This document shows, in pieces, positions 1 through 10,674 of a stretch of 64,000 nucleotides of DNA. The translations under genes and the position numbers were made by a program. The stretch is from Acholeplasma sp. (GTDB lineage: Bacteria > Bacillota_I > Bacilli_A > Acholeplasmatales > UBA5453). How positions within the stretch are numbered: position 1 is the first letter of the stretch; each line of letters begins with the position of its first letter. The stretch spans positions 1 through 64,000 of the forward strand of contig JAVBWN010000001.1 in NCBI GenBank assembly GCA_036677365.1. The letters are read 5' to 3'. The notes beneath the pieces were generated by a model. The model saw only the letters and a program-made list of their open reading frames with translations. It did no database searches and was not told the DNA's origin.

Positions 1-39
1 GATTTTTGTTTCTTTACTGAATCTTGATGCTCTTGACAT
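1..39 (-). CDS. IS3-family transposase OrfA, N-terminus only (MSRASRFSKETKI...)
   Basis: ATG at 39 with RBS, inside the IR. The sequence resembles IS3 OrfA HTH starts. Truncated by the window edge. Confidence 0.65.
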   Translation of the reverse strand, partial: MSRASRFSKETKI

Positions 40-114
40 AAAGAAAAATCCCCTCTCTGTAAACTTCTACAAACTTTAATTATTTGTAGTGTCTACTTTA
101 AGGGGATCATATCA
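1..114 (-). mobile_element. Left end of an IS3-family insertion sequence (runs off the window)
   Basis: The minus strand begins TGATATGATCCCCTTAAAGTAGACA (114-90), typical of IS3/IS150-group terminal IRs (TG start, CCCC...TAGACA). It is followed by a hairpin (67-89), the RBS GAGAGGGG and an ATG. Confidence 0.75.
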
Positions 115-226
115 AAAAACATCCGTTTTTTTTCGCCTTACGCGCGTTATTATTTTATAGGTGTGGTTTAGGGTTAAATGCCATTTGAATTATCCAAAAA
201 AAAATATGACATATCTATGAAATATC

Positions 227-254
227 TTGACATTCGCGTTAAAAGTTATAAAAT
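227..254 (+). promoter_or_regulatory. Sigma-A promoter of the S41 protease gene
   Basis: TTGACA-16 nt-TAAAAT upstream of RBS AGAGG and ATG 283. Confidence 0.6.
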
Positions 255-282
255 AAGAATAATTAACGAAAAGAGGTGTCTT

Positions 283-2901
283 ATGAATTTAGCCAATATT
301 GGTCTAAAAAAGCTTTTTAGTGTATATATATTATTACTACTCAGCTTAGTGATTGTCGGTTGTCAACCCTCAGTCAAAGAAACATTCACAGTAACGTTTA
401 ACAGCGATGGTGGGTCTTTAGTTGTTGCCCAAACCATCGAAAAAGGGAAACTTGCTTTAGAGCCTGAAGACCCAACGAAGGAAGGATTCGCCTTCCAACA
501 TTGGTTCTTAACCGAAGCAGCCACCCCATTTAGCTTTGAAACACCGATTGTTGAGAACATCACATTAACTGCATCCTGGGTTGAAGTGATCAACAATACA
601 GCGTTGATCGAAGCAGATATTCAGAATGTTGAAGATAACTTGGTGGTTAGCCCAGTTCAATTGAATTTACCTACCCGTGGTAAAGTCAATCGTAGCACGA
701 TCGTTTGGTCAACGACATCAAAATATGTCACTACCACAGGTTACCTACTACCCATCAACTTTAACGACAGCACAACGACTCACGGTGAAATCACGGGTAA
801 ATTTACCTTGAATGGTGAATCGATTACGCGTACATTTACAGTTGATTTATCTCGCCATGATGATGTCATCATTACAAACTCACGTGTCATCCCTTTTGAA
901 AATAAAACCACAGAGTATGATGTAGCCAGTTCAACAGTAGAAGTTTTCTACGAAGAAAATGGTACAGTCCCATACATCGGTGTTTTGACATTCTTAGAAC
1001 TCTTGAAAGGTTTTGTTGACCCAGCCGTGGATTTTGAGATTACCGAAGGTGACAATATTGTTGAAATTGCTTATCAATATATAGATGAAGATACCGATGA
1101 AGTATATGATTTAAGGTTAACGATTGATGCCATCGAGAACGAAATTAGAGTCAATGACCCTGGTTTCTATTGGGGATATATTTATTCTACAGCAACCAAT
1201 TATGGTAGACACATTGAATATGTTCGTGACCATCCAGATGCTCATTATGATGAAGGTTCGGACGTGGTTTATGATTTAGACCACTTTAACCTCGATATGG
1301 CCATTTATGGTGGTGAAATACTCTTACCATATTACATCGTCAATCAATTGTTTGCGGGATCGAGTTATTATAATGTGTATTATAACTATGATAGTTTAGT
1401 GGGTATTTATGGAACACCTGAATCGGGTACACAAGAATACAGAGCCATCAAGACCAGTACGATGAATAATAAGAACATCCCTGCGGATTTATTGGTCCAT
1501 ACATTCTCTACCCTCGCATTCGATTTAGATTCATTTTATGGATTGAAAGAAATCATGGGTGTTGAATCTTATTATGATTTGTTGTACCAAAGAAGACACA
1601 AATTGATGGTAGCGAACCCTGAAAGTTTTGACAACGCCATCGCATCCTTATTATTACAAGATATCGATGAACCACATACCAGCTATGGGTACCCATCGTA
1701 TTTCAACAAGACTGCTTGGAGTGGTCCAGCGGTCAATTCTTTATCAGCTTATGGTCCACGTTTTACCCAATGGTATTATGATGGATTCATCGATGTGGAT
1801 GACGCGATTGAAGCGAAGTGGGGTAGAGGTAATATCTCAAGTAACGCTTGGGCAGCCACTTCACCAAATCGTCCAGACTATTGGTTTGTGAACTCAACAT
1901 CAGCAGTGCTCATTTTAGATGGTTTCAGAACCTCTGATATCGAGGAAAGTAGTACATTTGACGCTGCTTTGTTGGATGATATTTTGGAAGTATCCAATGT
2001 CATTCCAGCATTTGTTGGTGGGTCTAAGTATTTTTTCTACAATAATTCAGATGAAACCAACAACATTGCAGAAGTGGTGGTTAAAGGGTTGAGCGCAGGT
2101 TATGTCGATACCTATAAAGCAGCCTTGGTTTCCGCAGGGTATACATTGGTCGTTGAAACTTCTGATGATGCCGCAAAAGCAGCAGGGTATTATACCAAGA
2201 ATATCGATGGTAAAGACTATATGGTCTTGGTATCATTTGATGCCGCTAGAAATGTATTTTATGTAGGGGTTGCAAACAAATTGCCAAGCAGTTATGCACA
2301 AGAATGGCCAATCAAAGTCAACATCCCTGCCTTAGTTAAAGCAGACTCTGCTGTTTACATGGAAATTACCATGGATCGCATTGTTGCTGAACGTCCAAAT
2401 GTCCAACGCATTCTATTGGATTTAACGTGGAACACAGGTGGTAACGTTGGCGCATTATACCGTGTGGTTGGATTCATCACTGACCAGCCATTCCGTGTAT
2501 CCTCGATTGACGGAGATACAGGCGGTTATTCATCGAGATACGTTCAAATCGTAGGTGTACCAAATTATTCACATTTAAAATGGTCATTATTGACATCGCC
2601 ACTCACATTCAGTGCAGCAAACTCAATGGCAACCATTTTTAAAGAAAATAACTTGGGTAAAATTATTGGTAAACGTTCTGGTGGTGGTGCAAGTTCAATC
2701 ACCCCAATCTTGTTGCCAAACGGTACAGCTTTTACGATGTCTTCAAATAACATCAATGCCTACCGAACTGGTACAGGTACAGAAGCAGATCCATATGTCT
2801 ATCATCACAACGAGTTTGGTATTGAACCAGACTTTGTACTAGAGATGGATTTCATCTTCGATAACGACAGATTGAACCAAATTATTGACCAGTTGCCTTA
2901 A
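283..2901 (+). CDS. S41-family peptidase lipoprotein with N-terminal InlB B-repeat (Listeria-Bacteroides repeat)
   Basis: Lipobox IVGC; repeat VTFNSDGGS...PTKEGFAFQHW...ITLTASW; S41 motifs LDLTWNTGG, TFSAAN, IIGKRSGGG. Start moved to 283 because of the RBS. Confidence 0.8.
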   Translation: MNLANIGLKKLFSVYILLLLSLVIVGCQPSVKETFTVTFNSDGGSLVVAQTIEKGKLALEPEDPTKEGFAFQHWFLTEAATPFSFETPIVENITLTASWVEVINNTALIEADIQNVEDNLVVSPVQLNLPTRGKVNRSTIVWSTTSKYVTTTGYLLPINFNDSTTTHGEITGKFTLNGESITRTFTVDLSRHDDVIITNSRVIPFENKTTEYDVASSTVEVFYEENGTVPYIGVLTFLELLKGFVDPAVDFEITEGDNIVEIAYQYIDEDTDEVYDLRLTIDAIENEIRVNDPGFYWGYIYSTATNYGRHIEYVRDHPDAHYDEGSDVVYDLDHFNLDMAIYGGEILLPYYIVNQLFAGSSYYNVYYNYDSLVGIYGTPESGTQEYRAIKTSTMNNKNIPADLLVHTFSTLAFDLDSFYGLKEIMGVESYYDLLYQRRHKLMVANPESFDNAIASLLLQDIDEPHTSYGYPSYFNKTAWSGPAVNSLSAYGPRFTQWYYDGFIDVDDAIEAKWGRGNISSNAWAATSPNRPDYWFVNSTSAVLILDGFRTSDIEESSTFDAALLDDILEVSNVIPAFVGGSKYFFYNNSDETNNIAEVVVKGLSAGYVDTYKAALVSAGYTLVVETSDDAAKAAGYYTKNIDGKDYMVLVSFDAARNVFYVGVANKLPSSYAQEWPIKVNIPALVKADSAVYMEITMDRIVAERPNVQRILLDLTWNTGGNVGALYRVVGFITDQPFRVSSIDGDTGGYSSRYVQIVGVPNYSHLKWSLLTSPLTFSAANSMATIFKENNLGKIIGKRSGGGASSITPILLPNGTAFTMSSNNINAYRTGTGTEADPYVYHHNEFGIEPDFVLEMDFIFDNDRLNQIIDQLP

Positions 2902-3094
2902 AAAGTACGTCCAAAATGACAAACGACGTAAAAAAATGTAAAAAAACATCATAAAACCGCTATTTAGTCACAATTAAAACGTTTTCATGATATTTTCATA
3001 AAACAATTTTAATATAACGGTTTTATTTTGAAAACAGATTTGATATAATGATAAAAACCCTTAAACAAGGGTAATAAAAGGAGAGAGAGAGAAT

Positions 3095-5920
3095 ATGAAA
3101 AAATTACTAGGTGTAATCACGCTAGTATTGGTAGCAGTCGCTCTAGTTGCCTGTGGTGGCGACAAGAACGAAGCGCCGACATTCGCAGGTGTAGGTCCTG
3201 TAACGTCATACGTTAACGTATCGTTCGACCCACTTGAAGGTGTCACAGCTACCGATAAAGAAGACGGAGACTTAACAGACGCGATTGTAGTTGTTTCTAA
3301 CAACGTCAATATCGCAGTTCCTGGCACATATTCAGTTAGATATGAAGTAAAAGACAGTAAGGATAAATTGGCATCTGCCGTTCGTACTGTAACAGTTGCT
3401 GAACTTGACGCTGAAAACGTACCATTGGCACAATACCTATCTGGTGTTGACCTATCGAAGCTTCCTGCTGAAGATAAGGATATCTTATTCGCAGCTGCAG
3501 AAGACTATCTACTTGAAAACGTGTTGGCTGGTGTACCACTATACACTGGTGCTACAAGAGTTATGTACTCAAACAGAGTACAATTGTTTAGCCCTAACTA
3601 TAATGGGGTATTGGGATTCGGTACAGCATTCTCGCAATTTACTGAAGATGACTCCAAAGTCATTATGTTCGGTTCTACAGCAGGTAATGTTGGTGAGTAT
3701 ACTTGGAGAGCTACTTACAGCACTGACCCTACATCATTGAACCAATGGATTTCAGATGATCAATCTACAAGTGATTTCATCGATCTATTCACTGGCTCAT
3801 TATACGATTTCTATTTCGACGAAACTAAGACTGGTTATGAAATTTTACCAAGCTTAGCCGCAGCTGAACCAGTACCAGTTAACCCAACTGTTATCAACGG
3901 TAAAGTATACGCTAAGACATGGCAAATTCAAGTCAGAGACGGTTTAACTTGGAAATATCACCCATCAACAGACCTTGCTGGTATGCCTTCTGGACACGAA
4001 GTTCTCAACGCTGAAGACTTCTTATGGACTTGGAGATATGCCCTTGAACAAAAATGGTTCAGAGCAAGAACTGGTGGCGGTGACTTCGTTACTAGTGCAG
4101 TTAAAGGTGCAGCAGATTATCTATCTGGTGTAATCAGCATTGACGAAGTTGGACTAAGATTAGCAGCTGGTAAAGCGAACACACTCGAAATTGAATACAT
4201 CAACGAAAAGAGTGCATTCGATGTTAAATACCAATTCTCATCGACATCTATGTCTCCTGTTAACCAACAACTATTGAATAAATTAACCCCTGCAGTTTAT
4301 GGTACTACACCTCAAACTGTACCATCCTCTGGTATTTACTATTTTGAAACCTGGACTCCAGGACAATTATTAGTATTCAAGAAGAATACATTACACCCAC
4401 AAAGCGCAATGTACTACTACACTGGTCAACAATTCAGATTTATGAGCGGTTCTGACCTCATTTTCCAAGAATTCCTTGAAGGTAGACTTGAAAGTGCGTC
4501 TGTTCCTGCATCACGTGTAACTGAATTCGCATCTGATCCACGTGTTAAAGTTGCTCCAGCAGCGACCACTTGGAGACTTGTAATCAACTCATTCGGTACC
4601 GTAGCTAACCGCGATGCTTACATCGCAGCTAACCCAGGTGTACCGCTATCCAATACATTCGTTCCTGAACCGATCTTAATGTATAAGGAAATGAGACAAG
4701 CTTTATACTTCGGTTTCGACCGTTATGAAGCAGCAGTTAACGTCGTTAAGACTTATCTACCTGCTTACACATTATTTGCAAGCACATACTTCCTAGATGG
4801 TGAATCCGGTATGTCGGTAAGAACATTACCTGCCGGTGCTGCTATTCTTCAAAAATATGGTGCTGGTTCCTATGGTTTCGTACCAGATGCCGCTGTTGCA
4901 TTGTTCGAATCCGCTGTAACACAAGCGATTGCTGCTGGTTACTATCAAAAAGGTACTGCATCGAACTACACAGTCATCGAATTAGGCTTAACTTATGCAT
5001 CCAGTGGTAACACTGCAGCACAAGCGATGATTGCACAAATCAAACAACAATATGAAAGCCGTTTAGTAGATACTACAAACTTCGTTAGAATCCAAATCAA
5101 CGTTGCTGACGTTGCATTCCCTGGTAACTACTATGACTTTATGATGAAAGCTAATACAGACTTAGGTATTGGTGGTATCTCTGGTTCCTTACTAGATGCA
5201 CCAAGCTTCCTAGACGTATTCTCTGACGACAACCGTGGCGGATTCACATTGAGCTGGGGTATCGATACTTCTACACCAAACATCGCAGTTGCATACCGTA
5301 ACCTTGATGGCGTGTTAGTCACTGAAAAATGGAGCTACAATGCATTAGTAGCTGCACTAAACGGTAAGACTTACGTTCGCGATGGTGTTGAACAAAAAGC
5401 TTGGACCAATGGTAATGATCTAGTTGCCGCATACTTAGACATGGCTGGTGAAGTTCTTGCCTCTGTTGCTGCAGATACTCAAGGCTTAGCTGGTTATATC
5501 GTGGGCGACCTTGAAGACTTAGCAGAAGAACTTGGTGTTGACTCTGTTGAAGGTTTCGTAGCTGTAACTGAATCAGGTAAATCTTATCTATTCATTGTTA
5601 AGAAGACTGGATTCAACTACGAATTACATCAACAATTGGCATTGGCTACCAATGCACGTGATGCTGTCGTTGCTCACAACTCTGGTTACTCATTGAAAGC
5701 TATATCTGAAAATCCATTAACTCTTGAAGAATTAAATGCGATTCCATATATTGCTTCCACATACGGTGCATTCGCATCATTAGATGCTGTTTGGACAACC
5801 GCTAAAGTACCTGCAGGCGTTGAAGCATTCGTTTACAGTACACAATTCAACACATACGCAACTGACGCATATGTAGTCATTAAAGTTGGCGCATATTATG
5901 TTGGTTGGATGTGGCTATAA
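3095..5920 (+). CDS. oppA: Oligopeptide ABC transporter substrate-binding lipoprotein with N-terminal Ig-like domain
   Basis: Lipobox LVAC; Ig-like motif GVTATDKEDGDLT...PGTYSVRYEVKDS; SBP family 5-like core; heads the opp operon. Confidence 0.8.
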   Translation: MKKLLGVITLVLVAVALVACGGDKNEAPTFAGVGPVTSYVNVSFDPLEGVTATDKEDGDLTDAIVVVSNNVNIAVPGTYSVRYEVKDSKDKLASAVRTVTVAELDAENVPLAQYLSGVDLSKLPAEDKDILFAAAEDYLLENVLAGVPLYTGATRVMYSNRVQLFSPNYNGVLGFGTAFSQFTEDDSKVIMFGSTAGNVGEYTWRATYSTDPTSLNQWISDDQSTSDFIDLFTGSLYDFYFDETKTGYEILPSLAAAEPVPVNPTVINGKVYAKTWQIQVRDGLTWKYHPSTDLAGMPSGHEVLNAEDFLWTWRYALEQKWFRARTGGGDFVTSAVKGAADYLSGVISIDEVGLRLAAGKANTLEIEYINEKSAFDVKYQFSSTSMSPVNQQLLNKLTPAVYGTTPQTVPSSGIYYFETWTPGQLLVFKKNTLHPQSAMYYYTGQQFRFMSGSDLIFQEFLEGRLESASVPASRVTEFASDPRVKVAPAATTWRLVINSFGTVANRDAYIAANPGVPLSNTFVPEPILMYKEMRQALYFGFDRYEAAVNVVKTYLPAYTLFASTYFLDGESGMSVRTLPAGAAILQKYGAGSYGFVPDAAVALFESAVTQAIAAGYYQKGTASNYTVIELGLTYASSGNTAAQAMIAQIKQQYESRLVDTTNFVRIQINVADVAFPGNYYDFMMKANTDLGIGGISGSLLDAPSFLDVFSDDNRGGFTLSWGIDTSTPNIAVAYRNLDGVLVTEKWSYNALVAALNGKTYVRDGVEQKAWTNGNDLVAAYLDMAGEVLASVAADTQGLAGYIVGDLEDLAEELGVDSVEGFVAVTESGKSYLFIVKKTGFNYELHQQLALATNARDAVVAHNSGYSLKAISENPLTLEELNAIPYIASTYGAFASLDAVWTTAKVPAGVEAFVYSTQFNTYATDAYVVIKVGAYYVGWMWL

Positions 5921-6104
5921 TTTTAAAGATTTAAATCTATAAATAAATAGTGTGATAATGGGGTGACCATATTTTACGGGGGCACCCCTTATTACGCTTT
6001 TAATTTCATAAATATCTTGTTTTTGTGTTATTATCATTGTACCTATGGTGTATAAGACATAAATAATGATATAATAGAAAAAACTATAATAAGGATGCGA
6101 TCAA

Positions 6105-7208
6105 ATGACAAAGTATATTATTCAAAGAGTAATCTGGATATTCATCATCTTATTTACTACTTTGACCATCACATTCGTGCTGCTCAAATTAGCCCCTGAG
6201 TATCCACCAACAAAAAATGAAGAAAAGGACACTTGGCTCGAAAAACAAGTAACAGATGGTTATTACACCTCTGTTTATTACGATGCCAATAACCCTGAAG
6301 ATCAAGCGACCATTCAAGCGATTCGTGAGAATAATCGTGATCGAATTGATAAAACCATCTTTATTGTCTCCCCTATCCAAGGAAGTGGTGTTATTAAAGT
6401 ATTTTATCGTACACCAATTGCAAAACAGTATTTTACATGGTTGGATAATGTACTAACAGAGTGGAATTGGGGAACTTCAACACGTGTTAGAACAAACGCC
6501 AGTGCTTTCAGTGTTATTGCTGAGAAGATGCCGTTAACATTATCACTGAACGTTTCAGTTTTGTTGTTCTATCTACCGTTTGGTTTCTTATTTGGTATTT
6601 TAGCAGCTTTAAAAAAGGATACCATCGTGGACAATATCATGCAAATCATCATCATGATGTTCTTGTCTGTGCCTGCCCTAGTATTTATCCTTGTGTTAAT
6701 CATCATTTTCAGTTATCAGTTTGACCGGTTATTAGAACCTCAATTCCCACTGCTAGAACTCGAAAGTGGATGGGAGATTGCAAAAGGATATGTCATCCCA
6801 GTCATTGCGGGTGGTCTTCCTGCCATCGCTGGATTAACCCGTTTATTAAGAGCAGAATTATCAGAAGTATTGACCAGCGAATATGTCTTGTTGGCTAAGA
6901 CCAAAGGTTTAAGCCATAGACAAGCTGTTTTAAGACACGCCATCAGAAACTCATTGGTACCCATGGTTCCAGTCATCATCGGTTCGTTTGCCGGTTTATT
7001 GGGTGGTTCTTTCATCATGGAAAGTGTTTATGGTATTCCAGGTGTTGGTAGAGTCACACTTCAAGCCCTAGCGGCAAACCAATACGACTATAACGTCATT
7101 ATGGCGTCTAGTGCCTTCTATGGCATCATCGGTCTAGTCACCGTTTTAATCGTTGACTTGTCCTATGGTCTAATCGATCCACAAATTAGAATGGGGGCGA
7201 AAAAATAA
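6105..7208 (+). CDS. oppB: Oligopeptide ABC permease
   Basis: YIIQR start, EAA loop EYVLLAKTKGLS...RHAIRNSL, transmembrane segments. Confidence 0.92.
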   Translation: MTKYIIQRVIWIFIILFTTLTITFVLLKLAPEYPPTKNEEKDTWLEKQVTDGYYTSVYYDANNPEDQATIQAIRENNRDRIDKTIFIVSPIQGSGVIKVFYRTPIAKQYFTWLDNVLTEWNWGTSTRVRTNASAFSVIAEKMPLTLSLNVSVLLFYLPFGFLFGILAALKKDTIVDNIMQIIIMMFLSVPALVFILVLIIIFSYQFDRLLEPQFPLLELESGWEIAKGYVIPVIAGGLPAIAGLTRLLRAELSEVLTSEYVLLAKTKGLSHRQAVLRHAIRNSLVPMVPVIIGSFAGLLGGSFIMESVYGIPGVGRVTLQALAANQYDYNVIMASSAFYGIIGLVTVLIVDLSYGLIDPQIRMGAKK

Positions 7209-9124
7209 TGGAAAAGAAATACGATCAAAGTTATTTCCAACTGGTCCAAGAAAACGAAAAGTTGATGGATAAAAAGTTGCGCACCAAGCAACTCAGTTAT
7301 TTCCAAGATGCGATGTTACGTTTTACTAAAAACAAATATAACGTAACCGCAACCATTATTCTTTTAATCATGATTTTAATGTCGATCTTCGTTCCGATGA
7401 TCACACCTAAATATTTATATAGCCAAACCAATGCGGGGATTATGACTTTACCGCCAAGAATTCCAATTCTTGAGTTGTTTGGTATCACAGATGGTACAAA
7501 ACTATATAAGAACCAACCGGTTGCTGTCAATAGCATTATTGTGGATGAGTTTGGGGTTGCCACTGGCATACCTGAAGGATTTGACCCTGCATACATTAAA
7601 TCCGGATCGCTCAAATTCAGTTACACCATTGGTACTGAAGTCAATGAAAAATATGTTGGTGGTACCAATACCTTGTATGTCAACTACGACAGAATTGCAT
7701 ATTCTGTGGCATCCAATACACTGTTTACTTATACCAATGCACATGAAATCGTGCTTGACATCGAAAGCATGACTGAAGGTGCAGTGTTAAAAGTGTATTT
7801 ATCACAATGGAATACCAGTAGTTTTACTAGAACATGGGATCAACTTGAACTTCTAGGCACCATCAACAGTGATGGTGTACACCGCCTTGACCCAATGGAT
7901 GGTGTCACTAGTGGTACTGCTCGATTCATCGTATTAAAACTGGAATTACCTGAAAAATCAGTAGACGGTAGTGAAAATGTTGTTTTCAATTCCGTTCAAA
8001 TCCAAAATAAAGCCGATGAAACTGTCATTCAAGATTACACCGGTTATACACTTGCATCATTCGTATTTTATACCCATGGTCAAGGCATTGAAAATGGTCG
8101 TTTCGTAAGAAGAAATGCGAGAATGCTGGTTGCTGAATTCGTTTATGACGTTTATGGTGCCATTTTCGCCGATAAACCTGCTACCATTGGTAGAGTAGAA
8201 TATGAGAGAATCTTATCCGAAAATCCAGGCATGGCTGATACGATTGAAATGGATGAAAATAATCCACGTGCATGGACATTTGGATCTGGGTACCCATTAT
8301 CTGCAGTTACAGGCTATGAAGACTTCACTGTACCTGGTACAGGTCTTCAATTTAGAAACTATTATGTCTTGAAAGACGGCGCATACGCAGTCGGTTTTGA
8401 AGATACACCTTATTTCTTATTCGGAACCGATGAATTTGGTAGAGACTTATTCACCCTCATCTGGCTTGGTTTAAGAACATCCCTACTCCTTGGCTTTATG
8501 GCTGCAGCTGTAAACATAGTCGTAGGTATCATTTGGGGTTCAACTTCCGCTTATTATGGTGGTCAAGTCGATATCCTAATGGAAAGATTTGTCGATATTT
8601 GGGGTAGTTTCCCTCAAATTACGATGATTGGTATCATTACAGTCCTTATTGGACCGGGGTTCACTGCACTCTTCATATTCATGATTTACGATGGATGGAT
8701 CGGTGCTGCTTCAATAACCCGTATCCAATTCTATCGATACAAAGGCCGTGAATATGTCTTAGCAGCGAGAACGCTTGGGGCATCCGACCGTCGTATCATC
8801 TTTAAACACATCTTACCTAATGCTTTAGGTACGATTGTCACCAGAGTCGTATTAAGTATTCCATCGGTTATCTTCCTTGAAGTTAACTTATCATTCTTAG
8901 GTTTCGGTATCGGTAATGGTCAAACTTTATCCATCGGACCAATTGAATTGACTGGTACATCTATTGGGGTCATCCTAAATGATGGTCAACAACAAATCAT
9001 GGCTGGTAATACTTGGTTGGTTATATTCCCAACTTTAGTCGTTGCCACCCTCATGATTTCTTTCAATATGTTTGGTAATGCTTTACGTGACGCCTTGAAT
9101 CCACAATTGAGAGGTAGCGAATAA
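7208..9124 (+). CDS. oppC: Oligopeptide ABC permease with a large extracytoplasmic insertion
   Basis: SYFQDAMLRF N-terminus, FGTDEFGRD, EYVLAARTLGAS...HILPN. Confidence 0.92.
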   Translation: MEKKYDQSYFQLVQENEKLMDKKLRTKQLSYFQDAMLRFTKNKYNVTATIILLIMILMSIFVPMITPKYLYSQTNAGIMTLPPRIPILELFGITDGTKLYKNQPVAVNSIIVDEFGVATGIPEGFDPAYIKSGSLKFSYTIGTEVNEKYVGGTNTLYVNYDRIAYSVASNTLFTYTNAHEIVLDIESMTEGAVLKVYLSQWNTSSFTRTWDQLELLGTINSDGVHRLDPMDGVTSGTARFIVLKLELPEKSVDGSENVVFNSVQIQNKADETVIQDYTGYTLASFVFYTHGQGIENGRFVRRNARMLVAEFVYDVYGAIFADKPATIGRVEYERILSENPGMADTIEMDENNPRAWTFGSGYPLSAVTGYEDFTVPGTGLQFRNYYVLKDGAYAVGFEDTPYFLFGTDEFGRDLFTLIWLGLRTSLLLGFMAAAVNIVVGIIWGSTSAYYGGQVDILMERFVDIWGSFPQITMIGIITVLIGPGFTALFIFMIYDGWIGAASITRIQFYRYKGREYVLAARTLGASDRRIIFKHILPNALGTIVTRVVLSIPSVIFLEVNLSFLGFGIGNGQTLSIGPIELTGTSIGVILNDGQQQIMAGNTWLVIFPTLVVATLMISFNMFGNALRDALNPQLRGSE

Positions 9125-10674
9125 TGAATAATAAAGAAAAAGTATTAGAAGTCAAAAATTTGACGGTTTCCTTTAAGACCCCTAACGGTCTCGTTAGAGC
9201 AGTTAGAGACATTTCATTTGACCTATATAAAGGCGAAACATTAGCAATCGTTGGTGAATCTGGTTCAGGTAAATCCGTAACCAACCGTGCCATCATGGGC
9301 ATTCTCGCAGGGAACGCCATCATTGATGACGGTGAAATCATTTATCGTAACCAAGACTTAACTAAACTATCCGAAGCCAACTTCCATAAAATCAGAGGTA
9401 ATGAAATTGGAATGATTTTCCAAGACCCACTATCGAGTTTGAACCCAATCATGAAGATTGGTAAGCAAATTACAGAAGCGATGTTGGTCAATGGTAATCG
9501 CGTGAAAAATCGTTTCATCGATTTGTTCCACAATGAATACCACGATTATCTCAATATGCTTACAAGGATTAAATTAGCGAAAAAAGACTTAAGAGACAAA
9601 ATCTATGAGTTCAATGTAGATAAAGAATTGACCAAGGCTGAAAAGAAAGCGAAGATTACCGCTTACAAAGCGAAATCTAAAACATTACTCACAGACCTTA
9701 AAGCACAATTGCCAGACTTGAAGAGACGTTACTCGGCTGCAAAAGCAACCGCTAAAGTTCAAATCAAGAAAGAAATTGATGAAGTCAATGTTGAGAAGAG
9801 AGAAGCCGTATCGAAAATAAACGCAGAAATTGCTAAAAAAGTCGCTATACTTAAAGATGCACAAGGCAACCAAGCTCAACAAGCGAAAGTCAACGCTGAA
9901 ATTAAAGCACTCCGTGTTGAATTAAGTAATTTAAATGAAACCTTTAGAAGACGTTTTAGAGTAACAAAACGTGAAGCCTACGAACGTGCCATCCAAATCA
10001 TGAGAGAAGTTAACATCCCTGATCCTGAAAAACGTTTCAATCAATACCCATTCCAGTTCTCTGGTGGGATGAGACAAAGAATCGTCATCGCGATTGCGTT
10101 AACTGCCAATCCTAAACTATTGATTTGTGACGAACCTACCACAGCACTTGACGTAACCATTCAAGAACAAATTCTAAACCAAATTAAAGATATTAAGAAG
10201 GAAAGAGACTTATCTGTCATCTTCATTACGCATGACCTTGGGGTTGTTGCGAATATGGCTGACCGTGTCGCTGTGATGTATGCAGGTAAGATTGTAGAGT
10301 ATGGTACATCCGATGAAATATTCTATAATCCAAAACACCCATATACATGGGCACTCTTATCCTCAGTACCAGACTTAGATACCAAAGACAAATTGGTTTC
10401 CATCCCAGGTACACCTCCAGACATGTTATTCCCACCTAAAGGGGATGCATTTGCTGAACGTAATAAGTATGCTATGAAAATCGATTTTGAAGAACAACCA
10501 CCGTTCTTTAAAGTCAGTGATACACACTATGCTGCTACATGGTTGTTACACCCAGATGCACCGAAGGTTCCAACACCACCAATTCTTCAACAACGCATCG
10601 AAAGATATAATCAACAAACCGCTGCAAAAGTCGCAGACATCAAAACCAAAACTAAGACAGTAAAGGGTGAATAA
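9124..10674 (+). CDS. oppD: Oligopeptide ABC ATPase with coiled-coil insertion
   Basis: GESGSGKS, FSGGMRQR, DEPTTALD, HPYT. Confidence 0.93.
   Translation: MNNKEKVLEVKNLTVSFKTPNGLVRAVRDISFDLYKGETLAIVGESGSGKSVTNRAIMGILAGNAIIDDGEIIYRNQDLTKLSEANFHKIRGNEIGMIFQDPLSSLNPIMKIGKQITEAMLVNGNRVKNRFIDLFHNEYHDYLNMLTRIKLAKKDLRDKIYEFNVDKELTKAEKKAKITAYKAKSKTLLTDLKAQLPDLKRRYSAAKATAKVQIKKEIDEVNVEKREAVSKINAEIAKKVAILKDAQGNQAQQAKVNAEIKALRVELSNLNETFRRRFRVTKREAYERAIQIMREVNIPDPEKRFNQYPFQFSGGMRQRIVIAIALTANPKLLICDEPTTALDVTIQEQILNQIKDIKKERDLSVIFITHDLGVVANMADRVAVMYAGKIVEYGTSDEIFYNPKHPYTWALLSSVPDLDTKDKLVSIPGTPPDMLFPPKGDAFAERNKYAMKIDFEEQPPFFKVSDTHYAATWLLHPDAPKVPTPPILQQRIERYNQQTAAKVADIKTKTKTVKGE

Noticed and set aside
5955-6000. 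Hairpin between oppA and oppB
   Set aside because: An ordinary attenuating or stabilising stem after a binding-protein gene.
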